The position numbers and the translations under genes were made by a program. From assembly GCA_963848965.1 (NCBI GenBank), contig CAWKFG010000004.1, positions 736,001-800,000 on the forward strand: a stretch of DNA of 64,000 nt, read 5' to 3'. The stretch is from an uncultured bacterium. Its GTDB lineage: Bacteria > Babelota > Babeliae > Babelales > Babelaceae. Below are positions 1-10,195 of this stretch, one piece after another. How positions within the stretch are numbered: the first letter of the stretch is position 1; every line of letters starts with the position of its first letter. The notes beneath the pieces were generated by a model. That model worked only from the letters and a program-made list of their open reading frames with translations, ran no database searches and was not told the DNA's origin.

Positions 1-1320
1 CAACCAGGAGAAATTTTAGTTTTACGCAAAGGTAAAATGCAGAAAGTGCTTGATCTCAGTTTTGCTACCGGTGGTCCTATAGTAAAGTTAGGGAACGTTT
101 CAGGTGACGTAACCTATGACGAACGAGGACTCCTTGGCATAGAGTTTCATCCTGATTTTACTACAAATGGCCGCTTTTTCCTTTACTACTCTACACAAGA
201 CAATACACAGAAATTGAGAGAGCTTGTTGATAGTCCAGATCCCTGTAATCCGAAGACGATCACCCATGCTTGGACAGATGAAAGTAAATATAGTCATGTT
301 AACGTAGTAGAAGAGTGGAAATGGAACACTATAGCTGATATTAAGCGAGTAAGAAGACTTTTAAGCATTAAACATCCGTTCTTTAACCACAGCTCAATTA
401 ATAACCTTTTTTGGTCAGAAGAATTTGATAAACTCTTGCTTTTAACAGGTGACGGCGGTTTTCGAGATGGTCCTTTTAATTTATCACAGAATGATAAGTA
501 CTTTCATGGCAAAGTAATAGCGCTTAATCTTAATTCCCCTGTATGGCGTACCTATAAATCACAACCTGTTGCTCGATTTGCTGAACTTCCTCCAAGAGTT
601 CGTAGACAAGTAGAAACGCTTATCAAAGGTGTAAGGAACTGGTCTGGTCTTACTGAGTTCCGTAGTATTAAAGATGAGAGAAGCATTAAGTTTGTAGGAC
701 AACCAGGACAAGATTTTGTTGAAGCAGTTTTTGCCTTTAAGAAGTTTTATACACGGGACAAATATGGCAAAAAGAGGCCACTCAACTTTGGTTGGCGCGC
801 TTTTGAAGGGAGTTGGCCAACAACACATTACCGTGACTGCACAACTAATACTCCTAGCCCACGAGCAAGTCACTTATTAGGTGTCACCTACCCTCAAGAA
901 GCAGTAGCTCTCAATGTAGAACGTAGAATTCCTTATTTCGAATATTTCCATCAGGACAAACGGCCTGGTAAAGTTGAAGGAGTCTGTATTACCGCTCAAC
1001 AAGTATATAGAGGAAATGCTCTTAAAGGGCTTAAAAACCACCTTATTGTCTCTGATTGGGCACAAAATAGCGGTGCTGCATTTCCTACAGGAATGCCTAT
1101 TAGCTTAGGGTTTCTCATTCATGTACCAATAGATCATAAACTTACAAAGCTTCATGACTATGAAAAAATAGATATTGCTTATGACTTTAAAAAGCCTGCT
1201 TTCTTTGTTTCTTTAGGAGCAAATAAGCGGCAAACACGAGTATTTTTAGGAACGTATGAAACAGCCGGGACTACGACCCCTGGTTTAGGTACCGTTTTTG
1301 AACTTGTTCCTGCACCATAA
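1..1320 (+). CDS. PQQ-dependent glucose/sorbosone dehydrogenase-family beta-propeller protein, 5' end probably outside the window
   Basis: Motifs DERGLLGIEFHPDF..NGRFFLYYS, TGDGG, GVRN, NFGWRAFEG. The frame is open from position 1 (QPGEILVLRKGK-M). Confidence 0.75.
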   Translation, partial: QPGEILVLRKGKMQKVLDLSFATGGPIVKLGNVSGDVTYDERGLLGIEFHPDFTTNGRFFLYYSTQDNTQKLRELVDSPDPCNPKTITHAWTDESKYSHVNVVEEWKWNTIADIKRVRRLLSIKHPFFNHSSINNLFWSEEFDKLLLLTGDGGFRDGPFNLSQNDKYFHGKVIALNLNSPVWRTYKSQPVARFAELPPRVRRQVETLIKGVRNWSGLTEFRSIKDERSIKFVGQPGQDFVEAVFAFKKFYTRDKYGKKRPLNFGWRAFEGSWPTTHYRDCTTNTPSPRASHLLGVTYPQEAVALNVERRIPYFEYFHQDKRPGKVEGVCITAQQVYRGNALKGLKNHLIVSDWAQNSGAAFPTGMPISLGFLIHVPIDHKLTKLHDYEKIDIAYDFKKPAFFVSLGANKRQTRVFLGTYETAGTTTPGLGTVFELVPAP

Positions 1321-1322
1321 GC

Positions 1323-1348
1323 AAGGGCTGCTTCAAAGCAGCCCTTTT
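1323..1348 (+). terminator. Rho-independent terminator
   Basis: AAGGGCTGCTT/AAGCAGCCCTT stem followed by T-run immediately after the stop codon. Confidence 0.75.
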
Positions 1349-1576
1349 CTCTTGATTAGAGCTCCCTTAGAAAGAAGTTCAGATGTCTTTTAGATAAACT
1401 TTTTAATTTTTATATCATAATTGTAATAAACACGAAGAAGTGTGTCAAATTTCCTTAACGTAACGCCACTGAAGGTCGAGAACTGATAAATTTGCAGTAA
1501 CTCTACATTGACCACACATTTCTATCAGCCCAGATAAGACAAAAGCTATGCATTTATTAATATAAAGTACATTGAT

Positions 1577-3127
1577 CTATAAAGTCCAAACATTAATTTC
1601 CTTAGAATTGAAAGAAAGAGACTCATGAGAAATCTTTTCTTCCCAGCTTTTGTTTGGATCTCTGTCAAAAATTACGAGATGCCCTTCATGAGCACCACAT
1701 AAATCTATATATTCTGCTGTCTGCTCTAAGCCTTGTTTAAGAGTATCTTCCCCATATTTAATCTTAAGCTCAACAATATATCTGACATTTTTCCAGGAAA
1801 CGAAGAGATCTACTCTTTTTCTTCCTAATGCATACTCCCGATGTAGAGTCCCCCCGCCATTAATAATTCGTTGGAGGAACGCCATTAACAGCAAATGAGG
1901 AAATGATTCCTGATACTGAAACTGCGGTCCTAATGCTTGTGAGTTTTCTCGAAAGAATTGAGTAAATGCAGCAAGTAGTTTATTCATATTAAGCTTACCA
2001 GAAGGCTCTACATACCAAGAAGTTTGATGAGAAATGGTTTCCTGCAATACTGAGGTAAGAGTTCTTGGTATAACTTCTTGATAGATAGGATTAGCGATTT
2101 CCCACTTATTTTTTTTAACCAGGCCAATATCTCGTGTATACTGAATATCATCAATATTCAAAGAAAGAGGTTCTGTAGAGCCACTTATAATAACATCGAT
2201 AACTCGCCTTACTCTATCTTCATTAAGTTTATCAAACAAAGAATCAAGATGTGTATCTCTGCGTATAATAAGCTGCTCTTTTGCACGCTCTATAATCTCT
2301 TTAGTAATAGGCACAGTTCTATCAGTAATATCGTTAAAGCATGCCTGATATGCAAGAGCATTAACGAGCCATGGTTGCCCTTGCGTTAAACAGTAAGCAT
2401 ATTCTAGTGCTTCATCAGTAAATTCTTGCCCTGTTTCTGCTGTATGTTGAAGATAAAGATTTCTTACCTGTTCTTGCGTAAAATTAGAAAGTGTTAAAGA
2501 TAGAGCCTTAATATTAAAAGGACTACTCGTAGAAACATATACTCCAGATTCTTTAGACCACACTCTATAATCTCTTACATCTCTCAGACCAATAAGACAT
2601 ACCGATTGTGGAAATCTTTCTGGCCGTTGATTAAATCCTGCTCGTATTTGTCTGAGTACAGAAAGCAAAGAATCACCAATTAAAGAATCTATTTCATCAA
2701 TAAAAAGAATAACTGGTCTTTTTGATGTTTGCGCAAAAAAGCGTAATGCATTAAGCAAAAGACTGAGGGTAATTGGGTAGATTTTGATCATCTCTTTTAA
2801 ATGATCTGCAATTTCTTGCTGTTCATGAAGTTGTGTAGCAATAGCATTTGAAAGTTCTTCTACAATAGTAAGCAGTGCTTTTTCTACATTATCACGCGCA
2901 GCTTGTGCAGGTTCAATATTCATGTAAAGAGCTGCATACTTACCATTACTGTTAAGATGATGTATAAATTCCTCAATAGCAGTAGTCTTGCCGCTTTGTC
3001 GTGGAGCATGAAGCACAAAATAAAACTTTTGCTCAATAAAACTTTGAAGTTGATCCCAGTCAAGACGCCGAGGAATATAATAGTGATCCTGAGGAATAAT
3101 AGGACCTGCTATACAAAATGTTTTCAC
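1577..3127 (-). CDS. AAA-like ATPase with C-terminal PD-(D/E)XK-like domain
   Basis: Walker A APRQSGKTT, Walker B ILFIDEID, C-terminal REY..G..RVDL...IVELK. GTG start with GGAG RBS. Confidence 0.75.
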   Translation of the reverse strand: MKTFCIAGPIIPQDHYYIPRRLDWDQLQSFIEQKFYFVLHAPRQSGKTTAIEEFIHHLNSNGKYAALYMNIEPAQAARDNVEKALLTIVEELSNAIATQLHEQQEIADHLKEMIKIYPITLSLLLNALRFFAQTSKRPVILFIDEIDSLIGDSLLSVLRQIRAGFNQRPERFPQSVCLIGLRDVRDYRVWSKESGVYVSTSSPFNIKALSLTLSNFTQEQVRNLYLQHTAETGQEFTDEALEYAYCLTQGQPWLVNALAYQACFNDITDRTVPITKEIIERAKEQLIIRRDTHLDSLFDKLNEDRVRRVIDVIISGSTEPLSLNIDDIQYTRDIGLVKKNKWEIANPIYQEVIPRTLTSVLQETISHQTSWYVEPSGKLNMNKLLAAFTQFFRENSQALGPQFQYQESFPHLLLMAFLQRIINGGGTLHREYALGRKRVDLFVSWKNVRYIVELKIKYGEDTLKQGLEQTAEYIDLCGAHEGHLVIFDRDPNKSWEEKISHESLSFNSKEINVWTL

Positions 3128-3306
3128 GTAAACTCCATGGATAAAAGCTGGGTTGGAGTCTTAAATAGACCATTCAAAAGCAGCATACTGAATAACTGCA
3201 CTAGCATTATTACTAAGTTTACAAAGTCTATGTATTATTAGCAAGAGCAGATGCTCTCTACTGCCATTAAGCATCCTTTTGAAGACACCTAATAAAGGCT
3301 GCTCTT

Positions 3307-3843
3307 TCAAAGCTTACAGCAAAGTGAAAGCAATCGGCCTTTTTTTCCTTTTTTAATGAATCCTGCTTTCTTAAACGCTCGTATTGCTGCATAATTATAA
3401 TCAAAGACTTCTAATTTTGCTTGTTTAAGCTTTCTTTTTACTAGTGCTCTTTTAGCGTATTTAAGAAGATAAGCTCCGTACCCTTTCCCTCTAAAAGAAG
3501 GATGAACATATACTAGCGTAATCTCACCTTTCTTGTTATAAGCGATCACCCCTGCTGTTTTATTGCCTACTGCTAACATTTTAATGGAGTCTTTTAACCG
3601 ATCTTTAAGCACCTCTTTTAATGGTATAGAATTTCCTATCCCACCTACTAAGTAATCATATTCTGCTTTATATGCTCTTAACAGAAAGCCACTATCATAT
3701 TTTAGACTAAAGTTACGAATATGAACTTTTTTCTGAGTTTTCTTTTTTGTGTGCTGTGTATGGTGTTTCTTATGAACGGGTAAAAGAGGAGTGCCATAGA
3801 ACAAGACACTTACTACGAATAAGAGCGTTTTTAATTTAAACAT
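3307..3843 (-). CDS. GNAT acetyltransferase with signal peptide and Lys/His-rich N-terminal linker
   Basis: Acetyl-CoA motif VHPSFRGKGYG and N..AIRAFKKAGF; hydrophobic N-terminus. Confidence 0.8.
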   Translation of the reverse strand: MFKLKTLLFVVSVLFYGTPLLPVHKKHHTQHTKKKTQKKVHIRNFSLKYDSGFLLRAYKAEYDYLVGGIGNSIPLKEVLKDRLKDSIKMLAVGNKTAGVIAYNKKGEITLVYVHPSFRGKGYGAYLLKYAKRALVKRKLKQAKLEVFDYNYAAIRAFKKAGFIKKGKKGRLLSLCCKL

Positions 3844-4027
3844 ACAATTTCCTAATTTTTGAGCTATTTTTAAATTTATATTACAATTGTAGCCTATATA
3901 AGGGGTTTGTCAAACCTCTTATGTATACATCATACGCTTAATTTTTTCTTATCCTTATACGTGACAAAAAAAACCAAAATATATACTCTAAAGCTAGAAA
4001 AAACAATTATATTCCTGGAGGCACTAT

Positions 4028-6592
4028 ATGAATCCAGAAAAGTTTACAACAGCTGTGCAAGAGCTTGTTAATAAAGCTATTATGCTTGCCCAAGAGCGTA
4101 AAAATCCAACATTACAACCATTACATTTGCTTGCCGCTGGGCTTGAAAATGAATTTTGCCTTTCATTTTGGCGTGTTCTTCAAGCAGATATAGGCGAGCT
4201 TAAGCGTCTTGTAGAAGATGAATTGCAAAAGCTTCCTGTAGTTACTGGAGGACAACTGAGTAGTGATTATAGTTTAGAAGATTTTTTAAAAGAATGTCAG
4301 AAAGAAGCAGATCAATTAGGTGACAGTTATATAAGTCTTGAACACTTTCTCATTGAATGGGCAGAAACACCATATTTACCTAAGTCTATGCAACAATTTT
4401 TTAAAGCTGCTCGAGTTACACGTTCTGCCATTCTTGCACATATGCAAACATTACGTAAGGGTAAAACAGTGAAAGAGAAAAATGCAGAAAATCAGTACCA
4501 AATGCTTGAACGGTATTGCCAAAATATTACCGATAAAGCACGTCGAGGCGAATTAGATCCTGTTATAGGAAGGCATGAAGAGATACGACGCGTAGTCCAA
4601 ATCCTCTCTCGACGTACAAAAAATAATCCTGTACTTATTGGTGAACCAGGCGTCGGTAAAACAGCTATTGTTGAAGGTATTGCCCAACGAATTATTAATA
4701 ATGATGTACCTGAAACGCTTAAAAACAATACTATCTACGCTCTTGATCTTGGTCTTTTAATTGCTGGTGCTAAATACCAAGGTGAATTTGAAGAGCGTCT
4801 TAAAGGGGTATTGCGAGAAATTGAAGAAGACGGTGACTCTATTATTCTCTTTATCGATGAACTTCATATGCTCGTAGGAGCTGGTGCAGCTGGCGGTGGC
4901 GGTATGGACGCTTCTAATTTACTTAAACCCGCACTTGCCCGAGGAACGTTACACTGTATTGGGGCAACAACTGTCAAGGAATACAAAAAGTATATCGAAA
5001 AGGATGCTGCGCTTGAACGAAGATTCCAAAAAGTGCTTGTAGAAGAACCTACTGTCGAAGATGCACTTTCCATTCTGCGTGGCCTTAAAGAAAAATACGA
5101 AATTCATCATGGAATTCGTATTAAAGATCAAGCACTTGTCAATGCAGTATTGCTTTCTGCCAAAAATATTCCTGAACGCTTTTTGCCAGATAAAGCTATT
5201 GATTTAGTAGACGAAGCTGCTGCTATGGTTCGTATGTCTATCGATTCACAACCAGAAGAACTGGATAGACTCGAGCGTACTATTAGACAGCTTGAGATTG
5301 AAAAAGTAGCATTGAGCAAAGAAAAAGATAATGAAGTAAGTAAAAAGAGGCTTGCAGATCTAGAAAAAGAGCTTGCCGATCTTAAAGAGCAGTTTCAAAC
5401 GCTACTTAATCAGTGGAAAGCAGAAAAAGCACCGCTTGCTACTATCAATAAACTGAAAGAAAAGATTGAATATACCCAGCAGTTATTTGCTCAAGCAGAA
5501 CGTGAAGGCGACTATGCTCGAGCGTCTGAAATTAAATATGGTACTCTGGTAAAATTGCAACAGGAACTTGCTAAAGAGCAAGAGAAGCTCCAAAGCCTTA
5601 AAACCAATCTTATACGAGAAGAAGTAGATGAAAACGATATAGCTATTGTACTTTCACGCTGGACAGGTATTCCTGCAGAAAAGCTACAAACGACCGAAAC
5701 ACAAAAGCTGCTTTCCATGGCAGAAACGCTCCAAGAGCGTGTAATAGGTCAAGATGAAGCAATTGAAGCAGTAACTCAAGCTATTTTACTTCACCGTACT
5801 GGACTTACAGATCCTAATCGCCCTATTGGCTCATTTCTGTTCTTAGGACCAACAGGAGTGGGAAAAACAGAAGTTGCTCGTTCACTTGCAGAATACCTTT
5901 TTGATGATCCAAAGAAAATGATCCGTATTGATATGTCTGAATACATGGAAAAGCATACAGTAGCGCGCCTGATTGGAGCTCCTCCTGGTTATGTAGGGTA
6001 CGAAGAAGGAGGTCAACTCACCGAAGCAGTACGCAGAAATCCTTATAGCGTTATTCTCTTTGATGAAATCGAAAAAGCGCATCCAGATGTATTTAATATT
6101 TTTTTACAGATACTTGATGAAGGACGACTCACTGATAGCCAAGGGCGTACTGTATCATTTAAAAACTGTATTCTTATTATGACCTCCAACATAGGGTCTG
6201 ATATAATACTTGAAGCAGAAGAGATAACACCTGAAGTTAAGCAATCGATTGAAAAGCTTTTACACAAATATTTTAGACCTGAGTTTTTAAATCGTATTGA
6301 TGCAATTGTATTCTTTAGAAGGCTCACACAAGAAGATGTTGCTCGTATTGCTCAATTACAAATTAAGCACCTTCAAGCACGCCTTACAGAACAAACTATC
6401 AAACTTATTGTTACGCCTGAAGCTCTTCAAGAGATAGCAAAATTAGGTTACGAAAAAGAGTTTGGAGCACGACCACTTAAAAGAGCCATTCAACGGTATA
6501 TTACAGTTCCTGTAAGCCAGCTTCTTTTAAAGAATCCAACCATTAAAAAAATAACAGTTTCAGTAGAAGATGGTCGCATTGTAGTAAAATAA
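4028..6592 (+). CDS. clpB: ATP-dependent chaperone ClpB
   Basis: Two AAA modules ([16 protein letters not shown]), coiled-coil middle domain, [30 protein letters not shown]. Confidence 0.97.
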   Translation: MNPEKFTTAVQELVNKAIMLAQERKNPTLQPLHLLAAGLENEFCLSFWRVLQADIGELKRLVEDELQKLPVVTGGQLSSDYSLEDFLKECQKEADQLGDSYISLEHFLIEWAETPYLPKSMQQFFKAARVTRSAILAHMQTLRKGKTVKEKNAENQYQMLERYCQNITDKARRGELDPVIGRHEEIRRVVQILSRRTKNNPVLIGEPGVGKTAIVEGIAQRIINNDVPETLKNNTIYALDLGLLIAGAKYQGEFEERLKGVLREIEEDGDSIILFIDELHMLVGAGAAGGGGMDASNLLKPALARGTLHCIGATTVKEYKKYIEKDAALERRFQKVLVEEPTVEDALSILRGLKEKYEIHHGIRIKDQALVNAVLLSAKNIPERFLPDKAIDLVDEAAAMVRMSIDSQPEELDRLERTIRQLEIEKVALSKEKDNEVSKKRLADLEKELADLKEQFQTLLNQWKAEKAPLATINKLKEKIEYTQQLFAQAEREGDYARASEIKYGTLVKLQQELAKEQEKLQSLKTNLIREEVDENDIAIVLSRWTGIPAEKLQTTETQKLLSMAETLQERVIGQDEAIEAVTQAILLHRTGLTDPNRPIGSFLFLGPTGVGKTEVARSLAEYLFDDPKKMIRIDMSEYMEKHTVARLIGAPPGYVGYEEGGQLTEAVRRNPYSVILFDEIEKAHPDVFNIFLQILDEGRLTDSQGRTVSFKNCILIMTSNIGSDIILEAEEITPEVKQSIEKLLHKYFRPEFLNRIDAIVFFRRLTQEDVARIAQLQIKHLQARLTEQTIKLIVTPEALQEIAKLGYEKEFGARPLKRAIQRYITVPVSQLLLKNPTIKKITVSVEDGRIVVK

Positions 6593-6617
6593 TAAGAGCG
6601 GTATTATACCGCTCTTA
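6593..6617 (+). terminator. Hairpin after clpB (terminator or mRNA stabiliser)
   Basis: Perfect 11-bp stem TAAGAGCGGTA/TACCGCTCTTA with no long U tail. Confidence 0.5.
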
Positions 6618-6671
6618 AGCGCACTTAACGATAGAACAGCTACCTACAAACTCTATTACAGGGAGTTATGA

Positions 6672-7409
6672 GTGAAAAAGCTTATTGTTGCTAACTGGAA
6701 GATGCAATTTACGCATAATGAATCGCTTGCATGGGTGCACAAGCATGAACAAGAACTCATAAAAATCTGTAAACAAACAGACTGTACTTTTGTACTCTGC
6801 CCAACATTTACTACCCTTGCCTCTCTTACAGGTTCTTTACTCATCCGAGGAGCTCAAGATTGCTCTATCCACGAACAGGGTGCCTATACAGGAGATGTTT
6901 CAGTACTTTCTTTAAAAGAGCTTGGTTGCTCCTATTGTATTGTTGGTCATAGCGAACGGCGAATATACTGTAAAGAAACTACTGAAGACATTAAACAAAA
7001 AGTAGCGTTACTTATGCACCATAAAATTGAGCCTATCTTCTGTATTGGAGAAACAGCAGAACAAAAAGTACATGGCTCTACACAAAAAGCTCTTGAACAA
7101 CAGCTTCTACCTGTACTTAAACACATACAAAATGAGCCTTTTAATCGCATATGTATTGCTTATGAACCAGTTTGGGCAATTGGAACAGGAAAAATACCCA
7201 CCATAGAGGAGCTAAATTCTGTTATAGATTGGCTTCAGGGTTATGTGAAAAGCTCATTTCCTGCGCTTTCTTTCTCATTACTGTATGGTGGCAGTGTAAA
7301 TGATAAGAATATTCAAGAACTGAAAAACATAGAACGTTTGCAGGGGTTCTTACTTGGTAAAGCAAGTACTGATTTTCACGCTCTTAAATACATCATTACA
7401 GCACTATAA
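6672..7409 (+). CDS. tpiA: Triosephosphate isomerase
   Basis: ANWKM, GAYTGDVS, VGHSERR, IAYEPVWAIGTG, LYGGSV. Confidence 0.95.
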   Translation: MKKLIVANWKMQFTHNESLAWVHKHEQELIKICKQTDCTFVLCPTFTTLASLTGSLLIRGAQDCSIHEQGAYTGDVSVLSLKELGCSYCIVGHSERRIYCKETTEDIKQKVALLMHHKIEPIFCIGETAEQKVHGSTQKALEQQLLPVLKHIQNEPFNRICIAYEPVWAIGTGKIPTIEELNSVIDWLQGYVKSSFPALSFSLLYGGSVNDKNIQELKNIERLQGFLLGKASTDFHALKYIITAL

Positions 7410-7421
7410 CCACAGAAAATT

Positions 7422-7448
7422 TTAAGGCCACTACTAGAGTGGCCTTAA
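7422..7448. terminator. Bidirectional terminator between convergent genes
   Basis: TTAAGGCCACT/AGTGGCCTTAA stem flanked by A/T runs. Confidence 0.7.
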
Positions 7449-7477
7449 TTTGTATGCTTTTAAGATAAACCTTGATC

Positions 7478-8287
7478 CTACTTCTTTAGTCTATCTTCGT
7501 GCTCTTTAATAAGCCTTTCTGCTTTTCCATAGAGCTCGCTTATTTTTCTAAATCGATCTGCCATTTGCCGCGCTTGATCACCTGCTTTATAAACAGTCGG
7601 GTCTTCAGCAATCGAATACTCAAGCTGTACACCTGCATCTAAAAGCATTTTCAATACTTCTAAAGATTTTTCATCACCAGACTTGCTAATATTCATCAAT
7701 GTATAAAACATAATAGGTGGTGTATTTTTATCATATTTGATAGTACGTGGTTCAGCACCAGCATCAATATATTTTTTTATCTCTTTACCATCACCAAATT
7801 TTACTGCATCCATGAGCCGTTCATTCAGCTGATCTTTTGTAAATTGTGAAAGATCCGTTGGCCCTTCTAGTATTTCTTTGAGTTTTTCAATAAATTTTTC
7901 TTTTGGCATAAAACCAACAAGCTTGCCAATTACTTTCCCCATTTTAATGACTGCAAAAGTAGGAATACTATCAATTTCAAGCTTTTGAGCTAGTTCTTGC
8001 TCTTTTTCAGTATCAATTTTGGCAAATGCATAATCTTTGCTAAACTCCTGGGCTACCTCTTCAAAGATAGGAGCCATCATTTTGCAAGGAGGACACTGAT
8101 CTCCAAAACAATCTACGACCATAATTCCTGGAAACTCCAACATCAAAGCTCGCTCTTTGGTAATCTCAATTATAGGCGATGGAGCTTTTGCTGTTAATTT
8201 TACATCCTCAGAAGCTTCTTTTTCCATTGCTCTTACACCTACAGCAGAACAGCATAATACAACTAATAAAAAGAAATATTTTGTCAT
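7478..8287 (-). CDS. Exported thioredoxin-domain protein with C-terminal ankyrin-like helices
   Basis: CPPC active site, cis-Pro loop IDSIPTF; C-terminal LMDAVKFGD..IKKYIDAGA and LKMLLDAG; signal peptide. Confidence 0.75.
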   Translation of the reverse strand: MTKYFFLLVVLCCSAVGVRAMEKEASEDVKLTAKAPSPIIEITKERALMLEFPGIMVVDCFGDQCPPCKMMAPIFEEVAQEFSKDYAFAKIDTEKEQELAQKLEIDSIPTFAVIKMGKVIGKLVGFMPKEKFIEKLKEILEGPTDLSQFTKDQLNERLMDAVKFGDGKEIKKYIDAGAEPRTIKYDKNTPPIMFYTLMNISKSGDEKSLEVLKMLLDAGVQLEYSIAEDPTVYKAGDQARQMADRFRKISELYGKAERLIKEHEDRLKK

Positions 8288-8436
8288 GAAAACTCCTTAC
8301 AGTTAAAGGTAAAAGATCTATAAACATGTAGAAAGTATAGCTTCTTTTTATCTCTTTTCAAAAGCCTAACACATCAATCTACTAACCCATTGAGATTCTC
8401 TCATTTTCATGCTATTGTAAACCATTAAAAGAGGAA

Positions 8437-10185
8437 TTGATGGCTCCATACCTTAAAAATAACGTTACATATTTTTTAACCTTAGTGCTATTTTTTACCA
8501 GTATCCTTAAGGCTGGTATTGTACTTGTCATAGATGTTCCTGCCAATATGCAAAAAACGATCCATTACGCTCAAGAAACGGTAAAAACTGCTATTGGCAA
8601 AGTAAACCAAGCTGCTCAAAATGCTCATTATATTTTTGATCACTCACCATATGCTAGTCATATTACTCTCCGCTACTTAAAAAACGATACCTTAAGTGCT
8701 TCTGGAATGTTAGAAGTAGAACCAGCGCTTTCTTCTATTTTAAGCTCTGTAGCAAGCACTCATACGCCCTTTGGTCTCACTGATGAATTAAAAAAAGCTA
8801 CCTATGATGTGTGGCAAGGAAAATTTGAAGTTACCTGTAATGGTAAAAAGAAAAAGAATTATTTATCTATTGTAGTTATATTAGCACCTTCGGTAAAACT
8901 AACTGCTTTAGCAGATGCATTAAACGATCGTATACGCACTTTGCCTTCCTGTATAGAAAGAACATTCCCTTTTCGTGCTCACATCACTTTAGGTCGTATC
9001 TGTGAAGAAAATGACCAGGATGTTACGGTTCTTATGCAAACAGTTAAGGAAGCTTTACAAGAAAAAGCAGAAGCGCTTGCTGGAACAATTAGAAAACAGT
9101 TTAAGGTTACACATTTTAAGCTTGTTGGTCATGATGAAAATTCTGTAACATTTCCTCTTAATGCCACTGTTGGTTATAAGCAGATACAAACAATAGCTCC
9201 TCGCACGTGGTCACAAATATCTGGCTATCCTATAACGAGCGTTCATGAGCTCGCTTTTTGCCAATCTACAAATCATATAGCTCTTGGATTAGGAAAAAAA
9301 GTAGTTGTGTGTAATAGTACCACAGGAAACTATCTTTATGAAGGAACTATATCTTCTCAAAGCTATGGTGCTATACATAAAATGCTTTTCTCACCTACAG
9401 AAGCCTCCTTAGCAGTTGCTACAAGTGCATCTTTAGAAGTATGGGATGTTTCTAATAAGCAGCAAATAAGACTTTTTAAGCATTGTATTGGTTGGCAACG
9501 GCCTGATAAGGATTCTGATATTCCACCGTTTTACGGACATTATCCACCTTACTATGGATCTTCAATACCCCTCTTATGGCTTTCTCCAGATCAGTTGGTT
9601 TTTTGCTCTTTTAAAGATGCAACACCAAAAATGCACATTTTTAACGTTAAAACGAAAGCTCTATTTACAGTGCCTTATAAGCTTCCATTTAAGCCAGCTA
9701 CGCTAGCAGTTTCTCCTGATGAACGTTATATAGCAATGAGAGGTGATTACGGTGAGCCCATTATTTACACTGGTAATTTAAAGAATGGGCAACTACAGCA
9801 TCATAGATCGCTAAGAAATAACAATGAAAAGATTTTTTTCACATCTCCATTAGCATTTTCTCCCGATAGCTGTACTATCGCTTGTGGAGGTAATGACGGC
9901 TGTACTTATATCTTTGACATAAAGACAGGAAAATGCATAAAAACACTTAAAGTACCTTCATACGATATAACTTATCAAGCACCTTATATAACTATGGTCT
10001 CATATCTTTCTCATAACCTTATTCTTATGAGCACTCACAAAATGGTCTATATATATGATCTTACAAGAGTAGAGCCTCTTTTCCAGCTTAAAGGTCGCTG
10101 TACAGAGGTTTCAGCACAAGGACACCGTTTAGCAGTTGCCCACAAAGATAGTACTGTCTCTATTTGGACTCATAGCGGTACATAA
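8437..10185 (+). CDS. 2H phosphoesterase (2'-5' RNA ligase-like) domain fused to WD40-like beta-propeller
   Basis: Two HxT motifs (ASHITL, RAHITLGR); C-terminal repeats LAFSPDSCTIACGGNDG..YIFDI and LAVSPD; probable signal peptide. Confidence 0.7.
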   Translation: MMAPYLKNNVTYFLTLVLFFTSILKAGIVLVIDVPANMQKTIHYAQETVKTAIGKVNQAAQNAHYIFDHSPYASHITLRYLKNDTLSASGMLEVEPALSSILSSVASTHTPFGLTDELKKATYDVWQGKFEVTCNGKKKKNYLSIVVILAPSVKLTALADALNDRIRTLPSCIERTFPFRAHITLGRICEENDQDVTVLMQTVKEALQEKAEALAGTIRKQFKVTHFKLVGHDENSVTFPLNATVGYKQIQTIAPRTWSQISGYPITSVHELAFCQSTNHIALGLGKKVVVCNSTTGNYLYEGTISSQSYGAIHKMLFSPTEASLAVATSASLEVWDVSNKQQIRLFKHCIGWQRPDKDSDIPPFYGHYPPYYGSSIPLLWLSPDQLVFCSFKDATPKMHIFNVKTKALFTVPYKLPFKPATLAVSPDERYIAMRGDYGEPIIYTGNLKNGQLQHHRSLRNNNEKIFFTSPLAFSPDSCTIACGGNDGCTYIFDIKTGKCIKTLKVPSYDITYQAPYITMVSYLSHNLILMSTHKMVYIYDLTRVEPLFQLKGRCTEVSAQGHRLAVAHKDSTVSIWTHSGT

Positions 10186-10195
10186 TTGCTGTAAC

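Noticed and set aside
3850..4027. CIRCE or CtsR heat-shock operator upstream of clpB
   Set aside because: No TTAGCACTC-N9-GAGTGCTAA or other clear repeat seen.
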